A DNA stretch of 62,865 bases, filler included, from Circinaria calcarea (lineage: Eukaryota): NCBI GenBank assembly GCA_051942165.1. It is 46 parts of 46 records of this genome, joined end to end, with 100 filler letters (N's around TTAATTAATTAA, not from the genome) between each part and the next. Parts side by side here need not be neighbours in the genome. Positions count along the whole stretch, not along the records: positions 37,121 to 38,385 come from JAVECS010005012.1; positions 38,486 to 39,749 come from JAVECS010005013.1; positions 39,850 to 41,113 come from JAVECS010005014.1; positions 41,214 to 42,477 come from JAVECS010005015.1; positions 42,578 to 43,839 come from JAVECS010005016.1; positions 43,940 to 45,201 come from JAVECS010005017.1; positions 45,302 to 46,563 come from JAVECS010005018.1; positions 46,664 to 47,925 come from JAVECS010005019.1; 38 more parts are not named here. One strand, written 5' to 3'. Below the pieces are notes generated by a model. The model did no database searches. It was not told the origin of the DNA and saw only the letters and a program-made list of their open reading frames with translations. A program made the translations under genes and the position numbers. The number at the start of each line of letters is the position of its first letter. The first letter of the stretch is position 1. Below, one piece after another: positions 37,021 through 48,728 of this stretch.

Positions 37021-37880
37021 NNNNNNNNNNNNNNNNNNNNNNNNNNNNNNNNNNNNNNNNNNNNTTAATTAATTAANNNNNNNNNNNNNNNNNNNNNNNN
37101 NNNNNNNNNNNNNNNNNNNNGTTTAAGAAGGGAAAGGGGGGGGGGGGTAAATTAGGAGAGCGAGAGAAAAAGAAAAGAAAAGGGAAAAAAAAAAGGGAAA
37201 AGCAAGGAGATTCATTCCCCCCTTTTTTCCCTTTTCCCAAGGCAAGCAAGCGAAACACACACCCTTTCTCCTTTCCTTTCCTTCCTTCCTTCTTTCCCTT
37301 CTTTTTCCGCGTGTTCCTTGGACCTGACCTGACCTGACCGAGAAGGAAATGGAATGGAATGGGAATCCCTGTGTTTACTGATCCCGGATCCGGATCCGGA
37401 AAGGAAAGGGGGGAAAAACACCCCAATCTCAACCTGTTGTTTGTTTGGGGGGGGGGGCCAAAAGCTTCTCAGTTTCTCAAAAAAGCAAGGAAGCCAAGGG
37501 AGGGGATAGGGGATTTTTACAACTTACCCAAAAAAAAAAACCTAACTCTCCGGAAGAAGCACGAAAAGGCAAAAAAAAAAAGTATCCGAGTTTTTTTTTC
37601 AACGGGGGCATTCGAAGTTTTTGAAATGGTCAAGGAGTCTACGGTTCTTGGTTCTCACTTTCTCACTTTCTCGGTTTTCGGTTGTCAGTGCTCAATTCCA
37701 TTAGGGTGTGCCCATATCTATCTATCTTTTGATGCTTCATCTCATGTACATAAATACAAGCCAGTACCTAGCGCAGATGTAAAGCTAACTGGCACCCGGG
37801 CCAACTGATTTTCCATCTTCATTATCCACGGGCAGATTTCGACTTTTTTTCCTTTCAGTGTCAATAGCAGACCAGGACCC

Positions 37881-38385
37881 CTACTTGGCCTGGCTGTTTC
37901 CATTCACGAGGATTTCTCCAATCGGGAATCCTGTCTCGTCATTCACCTTTGCCGCTCCCTCGCCATCCCCGTTCATTTCCACCTTCGCCGCGCTCTTTTC
38001 CTCCTTCACGGTCGCTGGGAAAATCGACCTGGCAGTTCCCAATTCCCCTACCAGCCCCGCCAGAGCAACCACATCCGCCGCCACGACAATAAATGATTTG
38101 TCACTGGCCATCTTCTGCATCACCTCCGGCGGACCCATGGCAAACCCCGCCTTGGCGATCCCGTGTTTGGCCATGACGCGTTCGTACGTCGCCACCGCAT
38201 CGACCCATTCCGGTTCTGTGCCACCCATGCCGCCGTTGCCCGGTAGGTCCATGGAAATGCGGGCATCCAGGGTTCCGAGCCAGACAGCGTCGATGTCGGG
38301 GACTTGGGTGAGGATGGCGTCGAGGTTGTAAATGGCTTCGAGGGTCTCGATTTGGATCATGATGGCGGCTTGCTCGTTGAGGTTC
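37881..38385 (-). CDS. HpcH/HpaI aldolase family protein, C-terminal part
   Basis: AIMIQIETLEAIYNLDAILTQVPDIDAVWLGTLDARISM. Confidence 0.85.
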
Positions 38386-39060
38386 NNNNNNNNNNNNNNN
38401 NNNNNNNNNNNNNNNNNNNNNNNNNNNNNTTAATTAATTAANNNNNNNNNNNNNNNNNNNNNNNNNNNNNNNNNNNNNNNNNNNNCAGAGCAGCAATCGG
38501 CTGATATGAGGAAGGTCGCAGAGCCTAACGGAATCCTCAAGTCTGTCGGAGTGGATAACTCAAGTCAGGACCATACCTAGTAAGGACCCCAAGGGAACGG
38601 CTACTCATACTCTTGGATATTTGGAAGGAGGGTAAAATTACATGCAAAAAGTCTTTTTCGTATTGGATTTTGGTGAAAGATCTCTATCATGGTTAATGCA
38701 TCGAGGGAACTGTATTGAAATCATATTGTACCAATAATAGCATTTCTACGACTGTTGAAAGGTGAAAACCAAAAGGGGCAAATGTTACAATCGGTAACGC
38801 GTGCAGAAGGAAGAGGGGGGATACGACGCCAAGAGGCCCCCGGCTTCTCGTTCCATATCTCATCAGCCATCCCCCCGAGTATTCTCCCAGACACATTCCA
38901 TCTCTCACACACAGCACACACACACAGAAGCTGTATAGTATTTCCCATAGTATTTCCATAGCATTTACCCCTATATACAATTCCAGCCATACCGTGCGTG
39001 CAGACTATTGAAGACGTAGAGGGGCCTCCCTGTAAATGCAAGCGTCCTTTCTCGCTCGCC

Positions 39061-39211
39061 CACGCGGGTGACCACAAAATGGAGAATGCGCCAACAGCCT
39101 ATAGTAAATCTGTGGGGGAGGGACCCTTCTAGTACTACCATAGGGGCTCCTAGGCGCAAAAATCTAGGATTAAGCGAGTGATTTTTACTTTTTTTTTGGG
39201 TCATCCGCGTG
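39061..39211. mobile_element. 151-bp MITE with 13-bp TIRs CACGCGG(G/A)TGACC and 5-bp TSD TCGCC
   Basis: TIRs 39061-39073 and 39199-39211 (12/13 match); TCGCC at 39056-39060 and 39212-39216; partial second copy at 24561-24649. Confidence 0.85.
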
Positions 39212-39215
39212 TCGC

Positions 39216-39730
39216 CGTGGACAACTCGACTTAATCAATGGCCCCCCCCAATCTCAAAAATATAAGGGGGCCTTGAACCTACCGTATTATTTTAGTAGGT
39301 GGGGGATCGGTTAGCGAGGTAGGAGGGGGGAAAAAAGAAATAACCGAACTTTTTTTTGGTCCAGCCGCGTGTTGTCAAACCTTTACGGTTAGCCCCTCGG
39401 GCCTACTTTATCCCGAGAGCCCACATAGATAGATTCTCTCGCTGCATTGTATGCAGCATAGCAGTTACACAGAGCAACCCATACACGTAGTTGCACCACT
39501 CACTCTTTCATTCTTTAATCGATGCCTATTAGTGACGCCGTAGCTTGACACGTGTCCGCAAAAAAGCGCCTGTTATTACTCTGTTGATCATCCCCGAGAA
39601 TATTTAAAAATAAAAATACACTCGGTTTAGGGGATTTTCAAGGGGAAAAAACCCCCCCAGGATTTGAAAAAAAAGAGAGAGATATACCCCTTTCCCCCCG
39701 CCCTCAAATTTTGCCAGAATGCAGAATTTA
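39216..39730 (+). repeat. Dispersed repeat family C (copy carrying the solo-LTR insertion)
   Basis: Homologous to the reverse complement of 25733-26076. Confidence 0.85.
39373..39550. mobile_element. 178-bp solo LTR (TGTCAA...TTGACA) with 5-bp TSD CGTGT
   Basis: CGTGT at 39368-39372 and 39551-39555; absent from the paralogous site (25914-25918). Confidence 0.88.
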
Positions 39731-39849
39731 GAATGGCATTACTAATTCCNNNNNNNNNNNNNNNNNNNNNNNNNNNNNNNNNNNNNNNNNNNNTTAATTA
39801 ATTAANNNNNNNNNNNNNNNNNNNNNNNNNNNNNNNNNNNNNNNNNNNN

Positions 39850-40221
39850 CTGAGGCGTGTTCCATGGTCCTAAAAGGCCAGTTTGCCGTAATTGCCGCCT
39901 TGCTGCTCTACTCGCCCTTGCTGATATGCTTGCTCCTACCTGCTGCTGCCCTCGTTGCTGCTGAGCCTGCTGAGCCTGCTGCTGCTGCTGAGCCTGCTGG
40001 TGGAGATGGAGTTGTTGTTGAACAAGGTGAGGAGGTAGGTTGACTTGCTGGGGTGCCGGATTTACTGGTATAGCTGCAAAATGGGCTTGGCTCGTGTTAG
40101 CATTGCCGCGAAATAGAAGCATTCCCCCGTTCTGCTGCTGTTGCTGCGCCTGCTGTTGCTGCGCCTGTTGTTGCTGCCACATGAGTTGAAACTGCTGCTG
40201 CTGTTGAAGAGTACTCATCAC
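39850..40221 (-). CDS. Glutamine-rich (polyQ/QA) protein fragment
   Basis: CAG/CAA-rich frame preceded by GCTAAC...TTTCAG, which looks like a branch point and acceptor. Confidence 0.45.
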
Positions 40222-40476
40222 TGAAAAATGTTAGCAAGATGAACGAGACACCCAACCGATCTACTATACGACATGAGTGCAAACAATTTTTGCTCCAAAA
40301 AAGCTTGGACTTATAAATAAAGTCTTTCACCTAGATGCTAATAATATTCGGGACTTGTAGGACTTTCATGACAACGCTTAAGGGCTATCTTCTCCTAAAT
40401 AACCCATATACATTGGGTTCCGGAAATCGACGGTAGTGCAAAGACCATGGTTCTTGGAACAAAAGTGGTAGAAAAC

Positions 40477-41113
40477 TCAAGATCCATCACGAGCAGACAG
40501 GCAAGTACAGAAAGAATTTTGATAATGAAAGAAGGACTTACTGACGAGAGGATGCTGTCCGCGCCAGTATTGATGTCTTTGCTGGGTTTCTTCATAGTAA
40601 TCACGCTGGCCAATCCAAGTCTTTGTAGTGGTCTTGCTCTCGTCAAGGATCAAAACATTTCCATCTCCGAGAGGAAATTGCCATGTCGGTGCCCTCCCAA
40701 CGATACCATCTAATTCGTCCCTTTTGAGGATCGAGGTCTCGAGCTCAAGTTTGAATTCTTTCAAGTCACGTAAACGGCGAAAACCATTACCCCACGAGCC
40801 TTCAGCAAAATCATCAGAAGCTTCACTGATACTCGAATCTGACGCCCTCCCTTGCAGTTTAGGATCCAGGCATAGCGGCGCTCCAGACTCCCACCACCAC
40901 CAGTCACCATGTTGTAGCGTCAAGTGAAGCACCCGAGGTTTGAGAATACGGATATGGGAGGACACAAGGTTGATCCATTGGCTTTCGAGCCAGTATTGCT
41001 GGACAAATAGGTGTACGCACGGCGTCACTGCGCGTTGCTCGGGGCCGGCAGCAAGCCGCTTGGCGAGAGCGCCTGATGATCCAGGCGGGCCTCGAAAGAA
41101 CCATTCAACCACG
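40477..41113 (-). CDS. Fungal hypothetical protein, C-terminal part
   Basis: 211-codon frame with VHLFVQQYWLE, LTLQHGDWWWWE, LKEFKLELET. Confidence 0.65.
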
Positions 41114-41213
41114 NNNNNNNNNNNNNNNNNNNNNNNNNNNNNNNNNNNNNNNNNNNNTTAATTAATTAANNNNNNNNNNNNNNNNNNNNNNNNNNNNNNN
41201 NNNNNNNNNNNNN

Positions 41214-42477
41214 ATTACGGATATCCGTGTCTGCCTCGATCAATTAGGAGGGTTCCTACTAGGGACCCAGGAAGCGCCCAAATCTCGAACATCCCTAATC
41301 ATGATTGAACAGGTCATTATTGTTCTTACCGACTGTGTCACAATATTCTCCGAACTTGAGCAAACCCTAGAAATGCTGAAGACAGATCAACCTATGCGAG
41401 TTATAGACAAGCTGAAATGGACCATGAAGGACACCGTGATCTCAAAAATTCTCCTACGTCTTCAAGCCTCAAAGGCGTCGCTGAATCTAATGTTAACCAC
41501 TTTAACTTGGTAAGCATTGAATAGCACATTTCTCGATGGTGTCTTGAATGCTCACAAATAGTCAATCAAAGTTCTTCAGTCGATGATGCACACACTTCCG
41601 TCCGAAATTTAACAAGCCTTGTCCAGCAAGTACTGAAGTCTAATCTCGATATGTCCGGGCGTTTAAGAAACCTTGAAAGAATGCATCCAGCTTTAGCTTC
41701 TACTATCAGTCCATCACTCAGGAGTAGTAGAATTGCTTGCGAGCGCGATGGGATCCCAACCTCAAGACAATCCACCTTCTTTGAATTTACCTTCGAGGAC
41801 GACTTGTGGACATCGCCAGTCTATAAGAAAGTTGCGTTGAATGCTTCGAAGCCAACAATATCGTCTTCCATTGGCTCTGGATCTGCTGTTCTTTCATTCC
41901 TATCAGGGCTCAGTCTCTCGGATGTTTCAAACGTCTCTGCCGTCTTTTTACCTATACTGTCAAAGGAGTTGTGGAACCATCACCGCTATGAAGTAGAGAA
42001 TAGTGTGACTCCGGGTCTCGGCGCATCCATGTTCGATGCATGGTACAACCCACCCGCAAAGGTACGTCCATGTTCTCTCTGGCAGCTTCTAAGCCCTGAA
42101 TCTGACCGTTGCTTGCAGAGAAGCGCCTTCATAAGAACTGCGTATTTTAATGGCCAATACACAAACCAATACGCCCAGTCCAAATCCACTGGGCATCTTA
42201 TATACCGTCGATTCAACGTCAGCGGCTCTCGGGGTGCACCTTCATTTGTCGAGGGAGCAGTGATTGCGCGAAATAGCCATGTGATTGCTACAAGAGTTCC
42301 GGAAGTTCCTATCAATCATGGAAAAGTAAACGATGTGATTGGAGACATGGTGCCAGAGTCTAGTGAGTGCACCGAGAGGAAGCCCCTGGGAATGAAGAGA
42401 GGGAGTTATAAGGATAGGATACGTATCAGTCTATTAGTCAACTTGGAGAACTCAAAGGGCTGGAGGCAAGGGGTGAT
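41214..42477 (+). CDS. Protein with a HeLo-like/fungal STAND N-terminal domain (partial); intron 41510-41571
   Basis: LTDCVTIFSELE, KLKWTMKD..ISKILLRLQASKASLNLMLTTLTC, FEDDLWTSPVYKK, SGLSLSDVSNVS; exon structure after about 42060 uncertain. Confidence 0.7.
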
Positions 42478-42577
42478 NNNNNNNNNNNNNNNNNNNNNNN
42501 NNNNNNNNNNNNNNNNNNNNNTTAATTAATTAANNNNNNNNNNNNNNNNNNNNNNNNNNNNNNNNNNNNNNNNNNNN

Positions 42578-42780
42578 GGGGGGAAGGCGGAGTGGGTGGT
42601 GAGGACAAAGAGAACGTCATGGGGGGCGGTGGTGGAAAGGGGATGAACAAGGGCGTGAAGAGGAAAAGCGAAGCGGCCGACCGTGACGGGAGTAGGAAGA
42701 AGAGAAGTAGTGAGAGTGAGGGTATTCCCAAAAGTGAAGAGGAAGACGATGATGACGGGGATGAAGATGATGATGGTTGA
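42578..42780 (+). CDS. 3' end of an unidentified protein (KEN motif, NLS-like segment, acidic tail)
   Basis: EDKENV...VKRKSEAADRDGSRKKRS...EEEDDDDGDEDDDG*. Confidence 0.4.
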
Positions 42781-43542
42781 CATTGAATCTATTCTTCTCT
42801 CCTACCCTTGAAATGTGGGGCCGAGAAAGTTGGGACGCTAAGACCGGACATGCATGTACTTGTGACGACTTTTACGACAGCGAGGGAACATTTTGACTTT
42901 GGCGGCAAAGAGCTTATTATTCTTAAGGGACGAGTTTGAAGTGTATTTGGATTTGGCGAAATCTGATGACGGATGTGATATGTTTTCTCGTGTCTGGTGG
43001 AAAGAGTAGCGTATTTATATACGTGGTAGGACGGAAATCTTTTGGGTGGGTGTGTAAAGATGGGGAAAGAGAAATACGCCGAGCAATCGCGAAAGAAAGA
43101 GGAGAATGTAGCGTTTTCTGCTTTTTTTTCTTTTCTTTTCCCTTTCGTTTTGGGACGCCCCCGTTTTATATACCATTCGTTCCTGCTCTCTTTTAGATAG
43201 GTAGCCCCGTTTCCAACGGACCGTAGGCAGGAAACCTCGACCCCCTGTTATCTCAGTGCGCCATCCAAACATTTTATCTTTCCCTTTCCCTTGCTCCCCT
43301 TGACAACAAAAAATTAAAAATGAAAGATAAAAAAAACCTTTTCGTACTGTTACTGTTACCGTTACTGTGATGATGATGATAATAATAATAAACAATGAAA
43401 ATATTAGGGACAAAACCGGGATGTTATATTCTTTTTATACACATATGTTATCCGAATCCATAATTAATTCGATTGATTAATTAATTCGATCGATTATTAA
43501 ATAAGTATAATAAGTTACCTATACTTTACTTTACCACATAAC

Positions 43543-43839
43543 TGTTATGGCGCCAGCTCCATAGCATGCACTAAGGACTAATGGGGCAAGGTCCCGGGGC
43601 CATAGGGACCGAACTCCGGGGTTGCTCACGATGATGACCTGTGTAACCAAAGGGAGCATAGGAAGCTCGGACGTTGCTCACTATGATCAGACACGGAGCA
43701 ACGGGAGCAACGTGAGCAGAGATGTATATAAACAGGCTGTTCGGCACTCTTTAGAATAGTATGCTTATAGAACCATAACGAGTTTAATATACTCCTTTTA
43801 TATTGAGCCTAGGGTAATAGTTTAACTACACCCTATATA
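43543..43839 (+). mobile_element. LTR family B, from its 5' end to the contig end, RIP-mutated
   Basis: Starts TGTTATGGCGCCAGC as at 50343; TATATAAA box; 3' part shared with two other copies. Confidence 0.85.
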
Positions 43840-44448
43840 NNNNNNNNNNNNNNNNNNNNNNNNNNNNNNNNNNNNNNNNNNNNTTAATTAATTAANNNNN
43901 NNNNNNNNNNNNNNNNNNNNNNNNNNNNNNNNNNNNNNNGGAAAAAGGGCGTGCAGTTCTCTGTCCTGTGTCCTGTGCTGTGTGCTGTGTCGTGTCCTAT
44001 CTTATCCCTATCCGTGTGGACAAAATGCCATTTACTCACTCACTCACTCACTCGTATCTATCTATGATGCTATGATGCTATGACGCTATGATGCTATACG
44101 TTGAGGATCCTGAAGGAGAAGACGTGAAAAAGGAAGAGGAGATAGACGGGAGGGACGATGAAAAGGTTAGATTAGATTAGATAAGAGTAATGAATTGTTT
44201 ATTTTTTATCTTATTGAAATGCCCCCAATAAATAAATAAAATAAAATAAAATAGACTCAAGTAGCTTAGCATAGCTTAGCATGCCCCAGGACCCGCGTTA
44301 AGTTTGGTAAACAAGACGTGTATACATATATACCTATTACCTATACCCTCCCCTTCCTTCCTTCCTTCCTTCCGTCCTTCCACGTTATAATCCTATTCTT
44401 TTTTCTCTTTTTAAAAAACGACCCCTACCTACTCCTACTCCTACTCCT

Positions 44449-45201
44449 TTAATCTTCCGTGAGATCGCCATACTCCCAAATCCCCCTCCTCGCCTCCTTG
44501 GCCTCCTCCTCGGCCTTCCTCAGCCGCGCCACAACATCCTCCCGACCCGGACCCGGACCCGGACCCTTCTCCCACGCCTTCAAGCGTCTCGACACCATGG
44601 CGAGACCTTCGCCCACAATCTCCTGGTTGACCGTCGTCGTCGTCGTCGTCGTCGTCGTCATCTCGCCTCCGGCCTCGGCGCCCGGATGGTCGGCCAGGCT
44701 AACGTACAAGGTCCCGTTGTCCTTGGCGTCGACAAAATCCACCGTCGCCGCGAGGGATTTGTCCAGCACGAGCGAGGCGAGGTAAGAGGCCGCGTCGAGG
44801 AGGTATTCCCGGCTCGAGGGGAACTGGAGAAAGGAGAGCACGGCATCTTGGGCCTGCGGTTTGAGGACGTGCGGGGAAAACTGCGGGGGCAGCGGCCGGA
44901 GGGATTTCCACGCGAGCTTTTCCTCGTTGCCGTAGTCGACGTAGACGATTTCGGCCGTTTGGGCATCCCGATCATTACGGCGGATGCGCGCGCGGTACCA
45001 GGAGCCGTCCTCGGAGAATTTGGCGCTGACATAGTCGCCTGCTTTGGGAGGGGTGGGGAGGGGGGCGGTGGCAGGACCGATCAGTTGGAGTTTGAGACGG
45101 AGGGTCGAGGGGTCGATGTGGGTGACGAGGACGTCGCGGCGATCGACCTTGCGTGGAGAAGGTGAGGTGGAGGAGTCGCCGTTTGTGGCGGTACCATTGG
45201 T
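44449..45201 (-). CDS. SND1: Tudor staphylococcal nuclease (Tudor-SN), C-terminal Tudor/SN5 region
   Basis: PKAGDYVSAKFSEDGSWYRARI, IVYVDYGNEE, terminal ARRGIWEYGDLTED*. Confidence 0.93.
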   Translation of the reverse strand, partial: TNGTATNGDSSTSPSPRKVDRRDVLVTHIDPSTLRLKLQLIGPATAPLPTPPKAGDYVSAKFSEDGSWYRARIRRNDRDAQTAEIVYVDYGNEEKLAWKSLRPLPPQFSPHVLKPQAQDAVLSFLQFPSSREYLLDAASYLASLVLDKSLAATVDFVDAKDNGTLYVSLADHPGAEAGGEMTTTTTTTTTVNQEIVGEGLAMVSRRLKAWEKGPGPGPGREDVVARLRKAEEEAKEARRGIWEYGDLTED

Positions 45202-45302
45202 NNNNNNNNNNNNNNNNNNNNNNNNNNNNNNNNNNNNNNNNNNNNTTAATTAATTAANNNNNNNNNNNNNNNNNNNNNNNNNNNNNNNNNNNNNNNNNNN
45301 NA

Positions 45303-45605
45303 GGGCAGTCTACTCTGGGTCAAGCACAACCAAGAACGGGAGGTGGATATGACGACGATATGAGCACTGGCTACGGTCAGACATCTGGTTCAGAGTATGC
45401 ACTGGGCACCGGCGCTGGTGCCTCTGCCGGTTATGGACAGACCAACGGCTCGGCTGTGTTTAGCAATCAAGTCAATCAAGCTTTTGACAACACCAACACC
45501 CAGGATTACTCGCTCAACAAATCAAACAGTGGAGTGGTCAACGGCAACACTGCCTCTGGTACCACCCTTGGCTTAAACAACCCTGTCTTGAGCGGTTTGG
45601 CTTAG
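45303..45605 (+). CDS. 3' end of an unidentified protein with a G/S/T/N-rich tail
   Basis: Open from the contig start to ...TTLGLNNPVLSGLA*. Confidence 0.55.
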   Translation, partial: GQSTLGQAQPRTGGGYDDDMSTGYGQTSGSEYALGTGAGASAGYGQTNGSAVFSNQVNQAFDNTNTQDYSLNKSNSGVVNGNTASGTTLGLNNPVLSGLA

Positions 45606-46663
45606 AGCAATGTTGGTTCGACACTTTGTGTTGCTCCCTTTGCTGCGTGTGGCTGCTTTTGTTTGATGATACCACTATCGCGTACGATACACTTCGTAGC
45701 TACTAAAGTAATGGCACGGTGGAAGATGTGGGGACGGCTGGAAGAGGTTGTTTTTTTTTCAGAACTTGATTGGTTTTTTTTTTTGTAGGTTATGTTTGTT
45801 TCTGTTTCTCTGCTCATGTCTTACTATCGGCTGTTACCTTGTTGAAAGTCTCTTGCCTACGGGCATTGGGCTGAAGCTTGGTAGATGTCATTGGTCTGCA
45901 AAGTGTGTGAAGCTCCAGTTTTTGCCACGGCAATAATGCGAGAGAATTTGTTCTTCTCTCTGTCTGTTGGTTTGTACCTAATAAAAGCAATGATCCTCGA
46001 ATAACTGGTGCTTGGAATTGGAACTATGAACATGTGAGATGTAGCTGCCTGCGAGAATTGACACGTATATGATTGAACATGATTGCTCCGTGCCGTAGGG
46101 TAAATATCAGGATATATCGTTCCCCCTCCCGTCATTCGAGTACCGGTTTTTTTCTACTACTTTATCCTACGTGTAAAGATCTCCCTCTCACTGATACATG
46201 ATACATGCACGCATAGATCACTACCCCGTTTATCTTTTTTAGTTTTTTTTTTCTCGCTTTCTCCTTTCTATTTATTTACCCCCCCCCCTCCCTCGCGGGG
46301 TCGTCGTTTAGATATCGATATATATATCTTTTCCGGTGTCGGGTACCGCTACTCTACTCTACTCTAACTTTCGACTTTCGGCCCCGGGGCCGGGCTGGGC
46401 TGCTTTCGGACTATTGGATACTGGACTTGTGGTAGGGGAGAGGGGAGAGGGGAGAGGGGAGGAGGATAGATACCTGCTGATTTGGGGGTTTAAATACGTA
46501 CAAGGTAGGTAGGTACGTCTACGTCTACGTCTACGAAAATCTGACAGGGGCCCCCCCCTCCACNNNNNNNNNNNNNNNNNNNNNNNNNNNNNNNNNNNNN
46601 NNNNNNNTTAATTAATTAANNNNNNNNNNNNNNNNNNNNNNNNNNNNNNNNNNNNNNNNNNNN

Positions 46664-47375
46664 CCCTCGCCTGCAGCAAACCTACACCTCCACGCTCCGA
46701 CACGACCTCCTCACCCTCGCCTACACCCACTACCCGCCCGGCACGCCCCCGCCATCCCCCAAGTACCTCCGGACCTGGGACGATAGCTCGCCCTACTATA
46801 AGAACCGTCCTTTGCGACCTCCCCGGGGTTCCTCAGCCCTCCCCCTACACAATCGGCCCATCACCTTCCGCAACGTACCCCAGCTCTCCCGGATCACGGT
46901 CTCCAGCCTCATCCGGGACGCCATCACCGACTCGGCGTACCTGCACGTCGCCGGCATGGTCCTGCAAGCCATCACCTCGGTGCGGGCTCACGTGCACCTG
47001 GCCCGCCGCTCCACCAACATCGGCCGGGCCACGTTCGAGCAGCGGGCGGGCAAACCCATTGCCGTGTCCTGCACCCTCACGGGCGAAACCATGTACGATT
47101 TCCTGGCCGAGTGCGTCGAGACCATCTTCCCGGCCATCAAGGAGTGGAAGGGCATCCCGGGCAGCAGCGGTGACGGCAGCGGGAACCTGGGCTTCGGCCT
47201 CCGGCCCGAGACCGTCGCTGCCTTTCCCGAAGTGGCCGTCAATTACGACAGCTATCCGCCCCGGATGATCCCCGGTGTGGATGTGGTGGTGCACACGACG
47301 GCGACGAACGATCGGGATGCGCGCCTGCTGTTGAGTGGGATGGGCATACCCTTTTACGGCAAGCATGTGAATTAG
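46664..47375 (+). CDS. MRPL7: Mitochondrial ribosomal protein uL5m (partial)
   Basis: WDDSSPYYKNRPLRPPRG, SSGDGSGNLGFG, FPEVAVNYDSYP, HTTATNDRDARLLLSGMGIPFYGK. Confidence 0.93.
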
Positions 47376-47799
47376 GTGGGGTGGGAGTGGAAGCATGGGA
47401 AGGTGAATGGGGAATGGGAAAGGGAGAGGGAAAAGGATCCATTGGAGTGGTGGACAGTAGAGCGAGTAATGCAGAGAGTTTTGTTCCTCCATGAAAATCG
47501 TTAGAAGCATGTATAGTTGGTTTACTGGTTTACACTCGCTGTCAAGTTCAAGTCCATCAAGTCCATCAAGTTTGTTCTGTCCATCAAATTTTTGTATACT
47601 ATAATTACAAATACAAATACAATTCCAAGCCCGTGAGTGAGACTTGCAATAATCTAGTCTAAGTCCAGTCTACTTCTAGTCCAGTCTAGTTCCAGTTCCG
47701 GGATAAGGATAGTCCGGGATAAGGATAGGGATAGGGATAGTCCGGCATAGGGATAGAGAGAGAGAGAGAAAATAAAATTCTACAGAGTTAATATTCTCC

Positions 47800-47925
47800 A
47801 AATTCTCCAATTCTCCAATTCTCCAATTCTCCAATTCTCCAATTCTCCAATTCTCCAATTCTCCAATTCTCCAATTCTCCAATTCTCCAATTCTCCAATT
47901 CTCCAATTCTCCAATTCTCCAATTC
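47800..47925. repeat. (TTCTCCAA)n 8-bp tandem repeat running into the contig end
   Basis: Read directly: about 15 units; it produces the spurious ORF (WRIGELEN)n. Confidence 0.95.
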
Positions 47926-48728
47926 NNNNNNNNNNNNNNNNNNNNNNNNNNNNNNNNNNNNNNNNNNNNTTAATTAATTAANNNNNNNNNNNNNNNNNNN
48001 NNNNNNNNNNNNNNNNNNNNNNNNNAAATACTACTTCCATAAAACATATACACCGACCGAACAGAATAGAATAGAATAGAACAGAACAGACTAGACGACC
48101 TATACTACCCCACCCCAAAAAAAACTTTAGATGAAATAAAACATTCAGGGGGAAAATAGAAAGAAAGAAAAAAGAAAGAAAAAAAAGGTCCCAATTCCCT
48201 CGGGTAACTTCGATAACCTCGGTGATATGGTACGGAGTCGGGTATTCCTTCTGCCCGGTGCTAGAGGTGCCAGTGGGATTTTCCTATCGATTAATTCATC
48301 AAATTTGCATTATTCGTCAACATTACATCATAGGATCGTCAATTTTTTCCCCTTTTCTTCCTTTTCTTTAGAGAAGAAAAGAAAAGAAAAAGAAAATAAG
48401 AAAAAAGAGAAGAAAGATGAAATGGGAATCAAGTTTTCGTATTAAAGTTTGTAGAATTAATCGTTAAAAAGACGGAAAATATACCGCTAGGTTCAAAGTC
48501 TATAAACCAAACAACCCGAATAAGGGGGGATTGAACGAAACCAAACTAAACCTCCCCTTCGAGAACCCATGATCTGTAAGAGGTAAATCTAAATTAAACC
48601 GGTTTCCCAGCCGTGTCAAAACCCAAACCCCTTTCCGAAACTCCTATATCCTACTTGGACCCCCTTTGTACAAAAATCCAACCATCTCATTGTCATAGAC
48701 CAATCCCCTTATCTTCTCCAACCATTTT

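Noticed and set aside
47676..47906. ORF with (WRIGELEN)n repeats
   Set aside because: It is the translation of an 8-bp tandem repeat
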